From: Escherichia phage vB_EcoM_Skers
Strand: one strand, 5' to 3'
Sequence record: MW748999.1
DNA length: 64,000 bases
The notes beneath the pieces are model-generated. The model was not told where the DNA came from. It was given only the letters and a program-made list of their open reading frames with translations, and did not search any database. A program made the position numbers and the translations under genes. This document shows, in pieces, positions 55,436-64,000 of this stretch. The stretch's first letter is position 1, and the number at the start of each line of letters is the position of its first letter.

Positions 55436-55473
55436 CAGAAAAATAAAAAGGGAAACCCCTTTCAGAGTCTCCC
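55436..55473 (-). terminator. rho-independent terminator
   Basis: Minus-strand RNA GGGAGAC-loop-GUUUCCC (one G-U pair) followed by UUUUUAUUUUU. Confidence 0.6.
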
Positions 55474-55484
55474 TTATAAAGCCA

Positions 55485-55799
55485 TTACAGCATACTTAAT
55501 ACCGTTTGCCGTGTACTAATCCACATAGCAGAAAGCAGTTCTGGCGTGTGTGGCTGTTTGTAGATATCACGTAACTTTCCGATAGCGTAGATATACGCAT
55601 CACGGTTATCATCGATGATAGCTTGTTCAGCCCACCGCTTAAGGCGTGCAATCTCTCGCGAGTTCTTACGCAAGATCTTTTCCGCTTTCTTAGCGGCTTT
55701 AGCCTCTAGTTCTGCTTGTACTTTGTCTACTTCACTCACTGCAATCTGGTCATGCTGTTCATCGTAAGTCATGTTATTTTCCTTCTGGGATATAATCAA
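55485..55799 (-). CDS. hypothetical protein (104 aa)
   Basis: ORF track. Confidence 0.5.
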   Translation of the reverse strand: MIISQKENNMTYDEQHDQIAVSEVDKVQAELEAKAAKKAEKILRKNSREIARLKRWAEQAIIDDNRDAYIYAIGKLRDIYKQPHTPELLSAMWISTRQTVLSML

Positions 55800-56007
55800 T
55801 TATTAAAGAAAATTCATCTTCTGATACATTATAGCTATGTGAGATTGTACCCGTCAAGACCTCAAGATCCGGTGATTTGATATTGCACGGATCGATAATC
55901 ACCGGAACGCCGCAATCTCTCAAAAATAATTTGGCGAAATACGGCACAAGGTCAGTTTCAAACTCTGCTTCTTCCAGCAAACGGGAAATGTTAATTTTCA
56001 ATCTCAT
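55774..56007 (-). CDS. hypothetical protein (77 aa)
   Basis: ORF track. Confidence 0.45.
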   Translation of the reverse strand: MRLKINISRLLEEAEFETDLVPYFAKLFLRDCGVPVIIDPCNIKSPDLEVLTGTISHSYNVSEDEFSLIIDYIPEGK

Positions 56008-56524
56008 AAAATTGGTCCAGGCTAGGCAATTCCTCGGTCAATACATCTTCAACCTTTGGCGCTTTCGGTTTATTGACCGATTCCTCGTAGTTGTTGATTT
56101 TATCGTAAATGTCCTGTATGAATGCCTCATCAGCAATCTGGCACATATCAGCGTCGCGTTCGTCATATACATGATGCACAAAATATTTGTATTTTGCGGC
56201 TGTCGCTGTTCTCTCTTTTTTAATGCGCTGTACAAAAGCATTAAAGCACGCTTGCGTGATGTAAGCATGAGGATTTTTATACTTTGTCTCGTCAAAATTA
56301 ATCAAACCCTTGACCGCCGCTTCGATTCCGTCGTCGATCATTTCTTCGCGCCATGTTTGACTATAACCAGAAAAGTTAAAACGACGTGATAGATTTTTAG
56401 AGATTTGCATAATTGCTAGGCCGATTTGATCGCTCATTGGAACTTGCCGACCTTCTGCTGCAATTCGTTGTTTCCAACGGCAAATTTCTTCGTAAAGCTC
56501 TTTATTGTTTACATAATCAGACAC
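55991..56524 (-). CDS. 55: late sigma factor gp55
   Basis: Strong match to T4 gp55 by recall ([67 protein letters not shown]). Confidence 0.9.
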   Translation of the reverse strand: MSDYVNNKELYEEICRWKQRIAAEGRQVPMSDQIGLAIMQISKNLSRRFNFSGYSQTWREEMIDDGIEAAVKGLINFDETKYKNPHAYITQACFNAFVQRIKKERTATAAKYKYFVHHVYDERDADMCQIADEAFIQDIYDKINNYEESVNKPKAPKVEDVLTEELPSLDQFYEIEN

Positions 56525-56564
56525 TTCGCACCCTCGCTATTATTTAGGAAATAACCCTTTCGGA

Positions 56565-58034
56565 CTATTCCCCATTACCATTATACTTTCTTTGTTTAGT
56601 TATCCACACTCTAACCATCTCTACTGATTCACCGTCAGACGGGTCAAGAGTTTTTCCCTTTTTCTTCATGCGGTACTTAAATCCGTTAAATCTTGCATTC
56701 TCTTGTTCGTTAAAGTCGAACATCTTTTTAAATGATTTTCGCCCTTTACGCTCACCACATTCTAGCGGAATCATTCGGTCTGTTATTACATTGGCATTAG
56801 GTAGAAACGTTTTTAGATAATCGACCAACGCCCAATCAGGAACATATAGATTAACATTCTCCTTGCTCTCGTTGTCTCTCAGGTTACAACGCAAACATAA
56901 TTGAAATGCTGGTTCCAGATAATCAGACACATGACGCGCTTTCAAAAACTCGTTTGTTGGGAGATCGCAACTATTAGCAAGACCTTTTAAAATATCAATC
57001 TCCCATCGTTGAGGGTTAAAGCTGAACATCACAGCAACATTTTTATGATGAATGTAAGAGTTAAGACCATAAGATCCGTAAGGTATCCGCTCACCAATAC
57101 CATTTGTACACGCTTCACGGTCCCGATTCACGGTATAAATGAAGTCATCGCCACATTCATTTTTAACCATATCAACAAGACGTTCAAAGGTATTGTTTGT
57201 TTCTGACTGGTGACGAGACCATCGTTCGGAGTCCGTCATAAGGATGATGTTAACTCTATCTGTATTTTTATACTCTTTGAAATATAGTCTGGATTCTAGC
57301 GCACTCGGAACAAAATCGCAATTTGCATAGTATCGTAGATACTTCCCACTATATGTATCAAAGAGATTTGCACATGCTATCGTAACCTTTTTAAAGTCTC
57401 CCCACGTACCGTGTTTGTTATCGTTCAAGAAAACAATTTTCGACCCATTCTTCCGGTGTCCTTCGTTATGTTTTACCATAACGTTGATTTTCTTCTCTAA
57501 TAACGCCTCATAAAGCCCTCTAAGAGAAGAATCGATCATATCAGTACCATCCTTTGCACTTTCTATCTTTTCTTTGATAGCGGCCTTCTCAGAGTCTTTT
57601 AGAACTAAGTTCTGTAGGCATTCCGATTCGTCGGCGATTGGTTCGCAATGCTTCGTGATAAGTTCAAGATTAGACTTAAACGGATACTCATTAAATTCAA
57701 CCAGTTGAGGAACTTCATCAATATAAAGAGCATATTCACTAAACATTTTTGAACGTTCCATATTAGATAACGCTGTATGTGTGATGAATATCACATCAGC
57801 ACCATCTTTAACTGATTGCATTATCGACGCTTGCACTGTCTTAAGGCTTCTTAGTCTGGTGCTATCAATCAAGACAGCACGACCGCCCATTCTTTTAAAC
57901 TTATTGTAAGATTGTTCACTTAAAACACGAGATGGCGAAGCAATAACCGCTTTTTCTTTTGTCTCTAGGACGTGGGAAAGTATAGCATCCGTTTTCCCCG
58001 CCGCTGGCAATGCGATTAATGTTTCAATCTTCAT
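56565..58034 (-). CDS. P-loop NTPase of unknown function (489 aa)
   Basis: N-terminal Walker A ALPAAGKT and Walker B-like LYIDEVPQ; Lys/Arg-rich C-terminal tail; no confident family assignment. Confidence 0.5.
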   Translation of the reverse strand: MKIETLIALPAAGKTDAILSHVLETKEKAVIASPSRVLSEQSYNKFKRMGGRAVLIDSTRLRSLKTVQASIMQSVKDGADVIFITHTALSNMERSKMFSEYALYIDEVPQLVEFNEYPFKSNLELITKHCEPIADESECLQNLVLKDSEKAAIKEKIESAKDGTDMIDSSLRGLYEALLEKKINVMVKHNEGHRKNGSKIVFLNDNKHGTWGDFKKVTIACANLFDTYSGKYLRYYANCDFVPSALESRLYFKEYKNTDRVNIILMTDSERWSRHQSETNNTFERLVDMVKNECGDDFIYTVNRDREACTNGIGERIPYGSYGLNSYIHHKNVAVMFSFNPQRWEIDILKGLANSCDLPTNEFLKARHVSDYLEPAFQLCLRCNLRDNESKENVNLYVPDWALVDYLKTFLPNANVITDRMIPLECGERKGRKSFKKMFDFNEQENARFNGFKYRMKKKGKTLDPSDGESVEMVRVWITKQRKYNGNGE

Positions 58035-58339
58035 TAGAAACCCTTACGTCGTGCTTTCTGGCATTTCTTGATCATTTTATCAGAAATTTCGCGCTTAGGT
58101 GCAATCTCTTTCACACCGAAAGCACTAATGCCAAATTCAGAGAGAATATATTCAACTAACAATTCACGCACACGCGCTTTACCGATATTCACGCCGTTAT
58201 TTTTCAGATATGTCTGGCCTTCGACTTGCATCAGATCTAAATCTGCGTCGGTAATATTGATTTCTTCCATGCGCCCAAATCGAGAATAAACCATGTGTGC
58301 GATTGCATTGTGTACTAACATAATATATTCCTCACTCAA
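58034..58339 (-). CDS. hypothetical protein (101 aa)
   Basis: ORF track. Confidence 0.5.
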   Translation of the reverse strand: MSEEYIMLVHNAIAHMVYSRFGRMEEINITDADLDLMQVEGQTYLKNNGVNIGKARVRELLVEYILSEFGISAFGVKEIAPKREISDKMIKKCQKARRKGF

Positions 58340-58490
58340 GAATTACTTAATGATACTTACTTTACCAGATCCGTGACAATGAGCACAACACCCATCACCA
58401 CGCAATCCTGTTCCGTTACAGTGTTTACACTTCTTCAACGGTAAAGTCATTATAGCAAATAAAGCAATAATGAACACCGAAACTAAATTC

Positions 58491-58760
58491 TCAATAATCA
58501 TAAATCGCCCTCAGTTCTTTATAGCCTCCAATGTGCTCGTTGTCAATGAATATCTGGGGGTATACAAACCGGAGGCTCTTTGAGTTCAGCCTCCCCGCCA
58601 GTTCTTCAATCATATCACGGTCGGGAATAATGTCAACCCCGACCTGCTTGAATACTGGTTTAAGTGTATACGGAATACCCAGATCATCCAGTAGCTTCAT
58701 TGCACTAATACAACCATAACAATGATAAGCCTCTTTCGGTATACCGTATATCTCGATCAT
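58491..58760 (-). CDS. nrdH: glutaredoxin-like protein NrdH
   Basis: 89 aa with CYGC redox motif in a glutaredoxin-like context (IEIYGIPKEAYHCYGCISAMKLLD). Confidence 0.75.
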   Translation of the reverse strand: MIEIYGIPKEAYHCYGCISAMKLLDDLGIPYTLKPVFKQVGVDIIPDRDMIEELAGRLNSKSLRFVYPQIFIDNEHIGGYKELRAIYDY

Positions 58761-59257
58761 TTCTCAGCCTTTAATCTTTCTAGTTCTTCTTCCAGTTCCT
58801 TGATCCGTTGGTCACGTTCAAAGTCACGCTGTATCTTAGTGGCGAATACTCGTTTAAACTGATTGTAATCATCGATTTTAAACACTTCTTCTTCGCCATA
58901 GCGACGCACAGAAACTTCGTAGTTATTGAAGAATTGTTGCATCATTGCTTCGGATGATAGCTCTGCTGATACCACTTTAAAATATTGATCTTCGGTAGGT
59001 GAAAACCAATTACAAGCATAAAGATAAACCTTTTCATTGTCTGGACACTGGTAAGCCTTACCATCGATTTCAATCACAGAAACATATTCAGGTATACTAG
59101 ATGAATCAATAGCTAAGACTTTAAACGCACGGTCCCCGATAAACTCGGAGATCACACGATTCGCATCACTGGTTGCAAATGCTTTACGCGCTTGTTCGTT
59201 TTTCCACTGATAGGTCATACCAACAACAAACATATTACCAACCTCGCTCTTTACCAA
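58757..59257 (-). CDS. paralogous family member P4 (WExGKTY module plus coiled-coil tail)
   Basis: MTYQWKNEQARKAF...AFKVLAID...VIEIDGKAY...NWFSPTEDQYFKVV; C-terminal IKELEEELERLKAEK. Confidence 0.55.
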   Translation of the reverse strand: MVKSEVGNMFVVGMTYQWKNEQARKAFATSDANRVISEFIGDRAFKVLAIDSSSIPEYVSVIEIDGKAYQCPDNEKVYLYACNWFSPTEDQYFKVVSAELSSEAMMQQFFNNYEVSVRRYGEEEVFKIDDYNQFKRVFATKIQRDFERDQRIKELEEELERLKAEK

Positions 59258-60059
59258 TCAAAAATTCAACTTCACGACGTTTAATGTCTTCTTGAAGGTC
59301 TTTAATCTTCTGGCGATCTTGCATTATTTCATCCATCTTGTCAAGTGCCGCAATGAAATCATCGAAACGTTCAAAGGTTTTACCTTCATTTGCTTCGCCA
59401 AATTTAACCATTGTCAGGCCATAACGACTACTAAAAAGACGCTTCAACTGTCCAACGATCTTAGAATCAGTGGTTATAACTTCCAATTCTTCTACTTCTT
59501 GAAAGAATTTTCTATCAGAATCAATAAACCAGCTAGTTCCTTTATGGTCGCTATCTTCTGTTGCACTCATTAGAGTATGGTCTTTACCATCAATTTCAAT
59601 TACATTAACTTGCCCACATAGACTAACATTTTTAACAGTAAAAGGTCTATAATTTATTGCTCGTGCAATAACATAATTAAGGTTAGATACGTTTTCAGCA
59701 TAATGACAGAAGTCGGTCATAGCATTCGCATCTTTCCAAGTATAAGTTTTACCAACTTCCCATTTCTGGGGAACTTCTTCAACTTCACGAAAGAATTTTC
59801 GATCGAATGGACTAAAGAAATATGTTGCAGTCCAAATGTCTTTTCCTGTAGCAGTTTTCGCCGTATGATAAACACCGTCTAGCTCTATTGCATTAATCCA
59901 ACCGTTACCCTCGATCTCGATGATGGTAAATGGCTTGTCACCAATAGCTGCACTAATATCGCTGTTAAGTGGAGAAAGAACACCTTCTCCGTTAGTAATA
60001 AACTCAGTTTTAGCGTTTTCATCTTTCCAAGTGTAAGTTTTACCAATTTCCCATTTCAT
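59235..60059 (-). CDS. paralogous family member P3 (two tandem WExGKTY modules)
   Basis: MKWEIGKTYTWKDENAKTEF... and internal QKWEVGKTYTWKDANAMTDF...; each followed by RPF.V, IEIDG and DRKFF.EVEE. Confidence 0.55.
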   Translation of the reverse strand: MKWEIGKTYTWKDENAKTEFITNGEGVLSPLNSDISAAIGDKPFTIIEIEGNGWINAIELDGVYHTAKTATGKDIWTATYFFSPFDRKFFREVEEVPQKWEVGKTYTWKDANAMTDFCHYAENVSNLNYVIARAINYRPFTVKNVSLCGQVNVIEIDGKDHTLMSATEDSDHKGTSWFIDSDRKFFQEVEELEVITTDSKIVGQLKRLFSSRYGLTMVKFGEANEGKTFERFDDFIAALDKMDEIMQDRQKIKDLQEDIKRREVEFLIGKERGW

Positions 60060-60071
60060 AATATATTCCCC

Positions 60072-60551
60072 TTAACCGATTTTATCAAGTTCGTTTAATG
60101 CTTTCTCTGCTTCCTGTATAGCTTGCACCCTTTCCGGCATTTTGTCAAGAAAATCTTTCAACTCTTCAAAACTGGAGATATGACGCAAGGCGTTAGCACC
60201 GATAGCTGCATGTGATTTGCATTCAAAGCGGATTTTATAATTATCCATAGCCAGCTTGAGTAGGTCCATTAGTTTAGATTCTTCTGGAATACTAATTTCT
60301 TCAAATCTGCTACGGTCGTGATCCAGAAACCAACAATATAGACCTACATCGGTTGAACTCATATAAGTTCCATCATGAAGATATACAGATCGCACGTATC
60401 CTTTTTTCGCATCAACCGACGCAACTTTAAACGGTAATCGCAGATATTTCAAATAATCAACATCATACCATTTAAAAAATTGGTTTGCATCTTTTACATC
60501 TTTCCATACATAGGTCTTACCAGCTTCCCATTTCATAATATCATCTCTCAT
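60072..60551 (-). CDS. paralogous family member P2
   Basis: MKWEAGKTYVWKDVKDANQFF...LPFKVASVD...FLDHDRSRFEEI; helical C-terminus. Confidence 0.55.
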   Translation of the reverse strand: MRDDIMKWEAGKTYVWKDVKDANQFFKWYDVDYLKYLRLPFKVASVDAKKGYVRSVYLHDGTYMSSTDVGLYCWFLDHDRSRFEEISIPEESKLMDLLKLAMDNYKIRFECKSHAAIGANALRHISSFEELKDFLDKMPERVQAIQEAEKALNELDKIG

Positions 60552-61077
60552 TTTTGATACGTGATTCTAATTGGATCATACGGTCGCGCGTTTGTTTGTA
60601 TTCTCGGATAGCACCGATCCGGCTAGGCATACCATCCAGTACGCTCTTAATACCTTCTAGGGTAGTAATTTTGGCAATGCTATTATGTAACCCCATCTTA
60701 TCGATCAACTGAATGTCGTAGGCTTCCATAAGCAGACCCAGGCGTTCTAAAGTTAGGTCTTCTTCTTTTTCTTCTGAATCTGGAATCTTAGGTTCAATAG
60801 TAACTTCGGTAAAGAAACGACGCTCACCCGACCAAAACCACACACCAGAACAACCAATAGGGGATTCTTTTAACGTCATAGAGTCGAAATCACTACCAAT
60901 AATAGTAATTTCTCTAACATCACCATCATCGTCAAGGTCTTCTACCCTAAACGGGCGACCAGCCAACAAGTCAACAATACATCTGTTAATAAACGACGAA
61001 AATTTAGTCAGTTCGGCTTTCGACGCTTCGCATTCGATCTTGTAAGTTTTACCAACTTCCCATTCCATAATAATCAC
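60541..61077 (-). CDS. paralogous family member P1
   Basis: MEWEVGKTYKIECEASKAEL...RPFRVEDL...WFWSGERRFFTEV; helical C-terminus. Confidence 0.55.
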   Translation of the reverse strand: MIIMEWEVGKTYKIECEASKAELTKFSSFINRCIVDLLAGRPFRVEDLDDDGDVREITIIGSDFDSMTLKESPIGCSGVWFWSGERRFFTEVTIEPKIPDSEEKEEDLTLERLGLLMEAYDIQLIDKMGLHNSIAKITTLEGIKSVLDGMPSRIGAIREYKQTRDRMIQLESRIKNER

Positions 61078-61078
61078 C

Positions 61079-61582
61079 TCAAATAATTTTCACTGGAATA
61101 CTATTAACAATCTTGTATTGTACTTGATTGTCAGATCCCCGCCACGGCTTCTTCGTTGGCATATCTTTAATATAACGCCCATCGATGAACATGTCAACTG
61201 ATTCTACAATTTTTCTTTGCTCATCATTCAATTGGTCAAGGGTATAACCAGACCATAGCCAAATATCTTTATTTGGCATCCATGATTTTACTTCATCGAT
61301 GATCCGCTGTACACCCTTTAAATTGCGTTTATACAATGGATCGCCACCTAAGAATGTTAGCCCCTGAATAAAATCAGGTCTAAGCAGATCCAGAATCAAT
61401 CCCATTGTATCATCGGTGAATGGTTCCCCGTTCTTAGGATTGAGTAGACTGGAATTAAAGCAACCATCACATGCGTGTGAACATCCGGTAACGTAAAGGG
61501 AGACTCTCACTCCCTCACCGTTAACCATATCACAATCTTTAATATCGGCATAGCGTAGTTTGCCGTATGTATCAGAACTCAT
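61079..61582 (-). CDS. nrdG: anaerobic ribonucleotide reductase activating protein NrdG (radical SAM)
   Basis: Radical-SAM cluster motif CSHACDGC; track ORF 61079..61588 starts at TTG, ATG at 61582. Confidence 0.8.
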   Translation of the reverse strand: MSSDTYGKLRYADIKDCDMVNGEGVRVSLYVTGCSHACDGCFNSSLLNPKNGEPFTDDTMGLILDLLRPDFIQGLTFLGGDPLYKRNLKGVQRIIDEVKSWMPNKDIWLWSGYTLDQLNDEQRKIVESVDMFIDGRYIKDMPTKKPWRGSDNQVQYKIVNSIPVKII

Positions 61583-61724
61583 ATTCAATTACCCCGAACT
61601 CGTTTACAATCTGCGCTTTATAGTAACCACCGCGAGATGCTAATAGATAAGCTGGGCTTAGGTATTCGTATTCACGGATTTCTACTTGTGCGTTTTCAGT
61701 TTCCCAAATCAGTAAAGTCCACAT
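61572..61724 (-). CDS. hypothetical small protein (50 aa)
   Basis: Track ORF 61572..61799 runs through the promoter; ATG 61724 (MWTLLIWE) with SD AGGAG. Confidence 0.4.
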   Translation of the reverse strand: MWTLLIWETENAQVEIREYEYLSPAYLLASRGGYYKAQIVNEFGVIEYEF

Positions 61725-61766
61725 ATTTGATTCTCCTGTAAAGTTGTATCTCGTCTTGATGAATAT

Positions 61767-61795
61767 AGTATAGGGGATCTCGCGATCCCCGTCAA
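61767..61795 (-). promoter_or_regulatory. PeSL-like early promoter
   Basis: Minus strand TTGACG-GGGATCGCGAGATCCCC-TATACT; palindromic 17-nt spacer. Confidence 0.65.
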
Positions 61796-61799
61796 GCAT

Positions 61800-62333
61800 T
61801 TATTTTAAATTTTTTCGAATGTATTCAGACCATTCCTTCCCTGTCATTTCGGACCCATTCTGGAAACTGAAATATTCATACGGCATCGAGTCAAGATAAA
61901 ACAGGATCATACATCGCGCCATATAATACCAATCACGATTAAAGTAAACTACGTTATCGCCAGTACCATCAGCACCTTTATCATAACCATCGCGGGTACG
62001 GGCGACCCATTGAATGGTATCATTTTTCTCACGGATAGTAACAGGTTCCCAATATCCAGCACATCCAGCATGACCACACGAACAAGTAAGGAAATATTGA
62101 CCTTTTGCTTTGTTGTCATCCCATTCACGATGAATTGGTTCGATTTCGTGAAACAGTGCTAAGCAATCATGATTATGCAACACTGGCTCACCATCAATCA
62201 ATGCATGGAATGTATACAAACGACCCGTAGACAAATAGCTATCCTCACGCTCAACCAGTTCAATAGCAATCTTTTTAGCTTGTTCTTTGTGTCGTTGTGC
62301 TTTACGTTTACGGTTTAATGATTTCATAGTCAC
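61800..62333 (-). CDS. hypothetical protein (177 aa; Cys/His cluster CSCGHAGCAGYW)
   Basis: ORF track. Confidence 0.5.
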   Translation of the reverse strand: MTMKSLNRKRKAQRHKEQAKKIAIELVEREDSYLSTGRLYTFHALIDGEPVLHNHDCLALFHEIEPIHREWDDNKAKGQYFLTCSCGHAGCAGYWEPVTIREKNDTIQWVARTRDGYDKGADGTGDNVVYFNRDWYYMARCMILFYLDSMPYEYFSFQNGSEMTGKEWSEYIRKNLK

Positions 62334-62344
62334 CTCACATTATT

Positions 62345-62884
62345 TCAAAGATCGCGATATTGTACATTATGAAAATGAGAACTTGCATTACCAATATTGT
62401 AGATAACAAATTCTTCATCCGGCGCTTGCGCTACAAATTGAGTATGAGCAACCGCTACGACTTTAAAAATACGATCCGTGATCTTGTGTTTAATTTCGAC
62501 TCCTACTTCCATAGGAACATATTCATGTGTTTCTGTTTCAGTCGCAAAACAGCCATCTTCTTCATAAGCACGAACAAATCGATCGCAATCAGTACGCTTA
62601 ACAAATTCAAGAGTATACAATTCTCGTGAATTGTCGGTATAGACCAATACAGAATTATTATGATAGCGAATCACATACAGGTTATTATCATCGTCAATTA
62701 CGCAAAAGCTACGGATTCCTTCGCCTTGACTCCAGCAGATATTAACCACCGTTCCTCTAATAAAAAAACTTTCCTTTAAATTAAAACTAGTCAATGTGCT
62801 AGCGTGCATTTTAACAACAACACCATCGCCAATTTCCAGTTTACGAAGTTTAACTTCTTTGCTCAGTACACAAAACATCATCAT
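62345..62884 (-). CDS. hypothetical protein (179 aa)
   Basis: ORF track; SD GAGAGGA; preceded by the promoter-leader cassette. Confidence 0.5.
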   Translation of the reverse strand: MMMFCVLSKEVKLRKLEIGDGVVVKMHASTLTSFNLKESFFIRGTVVNICWSQGEGIRSFCVIDDDNNLYVIRYHNNSVLVYTDNSRELYTLEFVKRTDCDRFVRAYEEDGCFATETETHEYVPMEVGVEIKHKITDRIFKVVAVAHTQFVAQAPDEEFVIYNIGNASSHFHNVQYRDL

Positions 62885-62913
62885 GTTGTCCTCTCGTTGT
62901 TTTCGATGTGAAC

Positions 62914-62941
62914 ATTATACATTAGCTAATCAGGTTGTCAA
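62914..62941 (-). promoter_or_regulatory. early promoter TTGACA-N16-TATAAT with the ACATCGAAAACAA leader (third copy of the cassette)
   Basis: Minus strand TTGACAACCTGATTAGCTAATGTATAATGTTCACATCGAAAACAACGAGAGGACAACATG. Confidence 0.65.
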
Positions 62942-62946
62942 CACCT

Positions 62947-62979
62947 AAAAACGAAAAAGCCGACCCTTTCGGATCGGCT
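62947..62979 (-). terminator. rho-independent terminator downstream of nrdD
   Basis: Minus-strand RNA AGCCGAUCCGAAAGGGUCGGCU followed by UUUUUCGUUUUU. Confidence 0.7.
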
Positions 62980-62984
62980 GAAAA

Positions 62985-64000
62985 TTACATGTGCTTAACG
63001 CGGTTTACCATCTCGGAGTGTTTCCCGTGGTTAAATGGACGCAGATCAACAGATCCAAGATATCCACTAACGCGACGGATAACATTCATCTTTTCCAGAT
63101 TATCATTTCCGCAATCAGGACAAACAAAACCAAACTCGGTCGCTCTCATTTCCTTAGTAGACCCGCATACATGACATACATCAGAAGGAGTATTAACACC
63201 GAAGTAGTGCAATTTATCCATTGCATAGTCTACTACAGTTTCAAGACCTTTCAGGTTGTTTTTCATGTCTGGGAACTCAACATAAGAGATCATGCCACCG
63301 GACGCCAGCCAGTGATAATCTTTCTCAAAGTCGATTTTCTCAAATGGAGTGACTTTCCGGTCTACGTCAAGGTGGAATGAGTTGGTGTACCAGTCTTTAT
63401 CGGTAGCACCCTTAACAATACCAAATTGCTCTCGGTCCAGTCGATTAAATCGATAGCAAAGGCTCTCGGCTGGCGTACCGTAAAGACTAAACCCAAGTCC
63501 GGTTTCGTCCTTCCATTTTTCAGTATAATGACGCAAGATCTTAAGAATATGTTTACCGTATCGCTGCGCATCTTCCGAATCAAACGGATGAACACCAAAC
63601 AGGACGCTCAATACCTCATGTAAACCAATATATCCAAGAGAGATACTAGCGCGACCATCTTTCAACACTTCCAAAATTTCATCGTTTTGATGAATACGGA
63701 AAAATGCACCTTCTGTATACAGCACCGGAGCAACATTGGCTTTAGCCCCTTTTAAAGCGTCTACGCGACTCATGAGCGCATCAAAGCAAATAGGCATACG
63801 ATTAGCTAGCTCTTGTTCGAATAGCTCAATTCTGCGCATTACAGACGCTTTACCAGCACGACGCGCGGCAATAAGGGCAATACGCGGAAGATTCAGAGTC
63901 ACAACACCTAAGTTATTACGTCCGTCTAATACTTCCTCGCCTTTCTCATTATGCCACACACCCAGGAAGCTACGACAACCCATCGGGCTAACCGGAACAC
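62985..64000 (-). CDS. nrdD: anaerobic ribonucleoside-triphosphate reductase NrdD, C-terminal part (N-terminus beyond window end)
   Basis: C-terminal zinc site CHVCGS...CPDCG and glycyl-radical motif RRVSGYLGSVD; frame open to position 64000. Confidence 0.85.
   Translation of the reverse strand, partial: VPVSPMGCRSFLGVWHNEKGEEVLDGRNNLGVVTLNLPRIALIAARRAGKASVMRRIELFEQELANRMPICFDALMSRVDALKGAKANVAPVLYTEGAFFRIHQNDEILEVLKDGRASISLGYIGLHEVLSVLFGVHPFDSEDAQRYGKHILKILRHYTEKWKDETGLGFSLYGTPAESLCYRFNRLDREQFGIVKGATDKDWYTNSFHLDVDRKVTPFEKIDFEKDYHWLASGGMISYVEFPDMKNNLKGLETVVDYAMDKLHYFGVNTPSDVCHVCGSTKEMRATEFGFVCPDCGNDNLEKMNVIRRVSGYLGSVDLRPFNHGKHSEMVNRVKHM

Noticed and set aside
55877-56389. Plus-strand 170-aa ORF overlapping gene 55
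   Set aside because: Antisense to the strongly supported gp55 ORF.
1-64000. tRNA, rRNA, CRISPR arrays, integrase or attachment sites
   Set aside because: No cloverleaf-like conserved tRNA motifs, no regularly spaced direct repeats and no integrase-like ORF were seen; the gene content is that of a strictly lytic T4-type phage.

Overview
This window is a segment of a T4-type (T-even-like) virulent coliphage genome. The plus strand carries one late module at 7.7-19.4 kb: long-tail-fibre genes 34-35-36-37, a T2-type glycine-rich adhesin gene 38 and holin t. Everything else is on the minus strand in T4 synteny: td (partial), frd, 32, 59, 33, dsbA, rnh; then a cluster of about 20 small ORFs, 52, rIIB, rIIA, a fused 39/60 topoisomerase subunit, dexA, dda, 56, 61, 41, 40, uvsX, 43, regA, 62, 44, 45, rpbA, 46, 47, 55, nrdH, nrdG and nrdD (partial). 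No tRNA, rRNA or CRISPR was seen. Early genes sit behind many TTGACA-N16/17-TATAAT-like promoters, several with a palindrome in the spacer (PeSL-like). Homologs of motA, asiA, ndd, denB, soc, 42 and the glucosyltransferases were not recognised at their T4 positions. Accessory content includes three free-standing nuclease genes, a CYTH/TTM-like gene wedged between rnh and dsbA, an exported DUF1311-like protein, and a four-gene paralogous family between nrdH and nrdG. Gene 37 contains an Illumina adapter chimera flanked by a perfect 176-bp duplication, which is almost certainly an assembly artefact. All calls come from reading the sequence and the supplied ORF track; no database search was run. 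CDS coordinates follow the ORF track (stop included); motif coordinates were counted by hand and may be off by a few bases.
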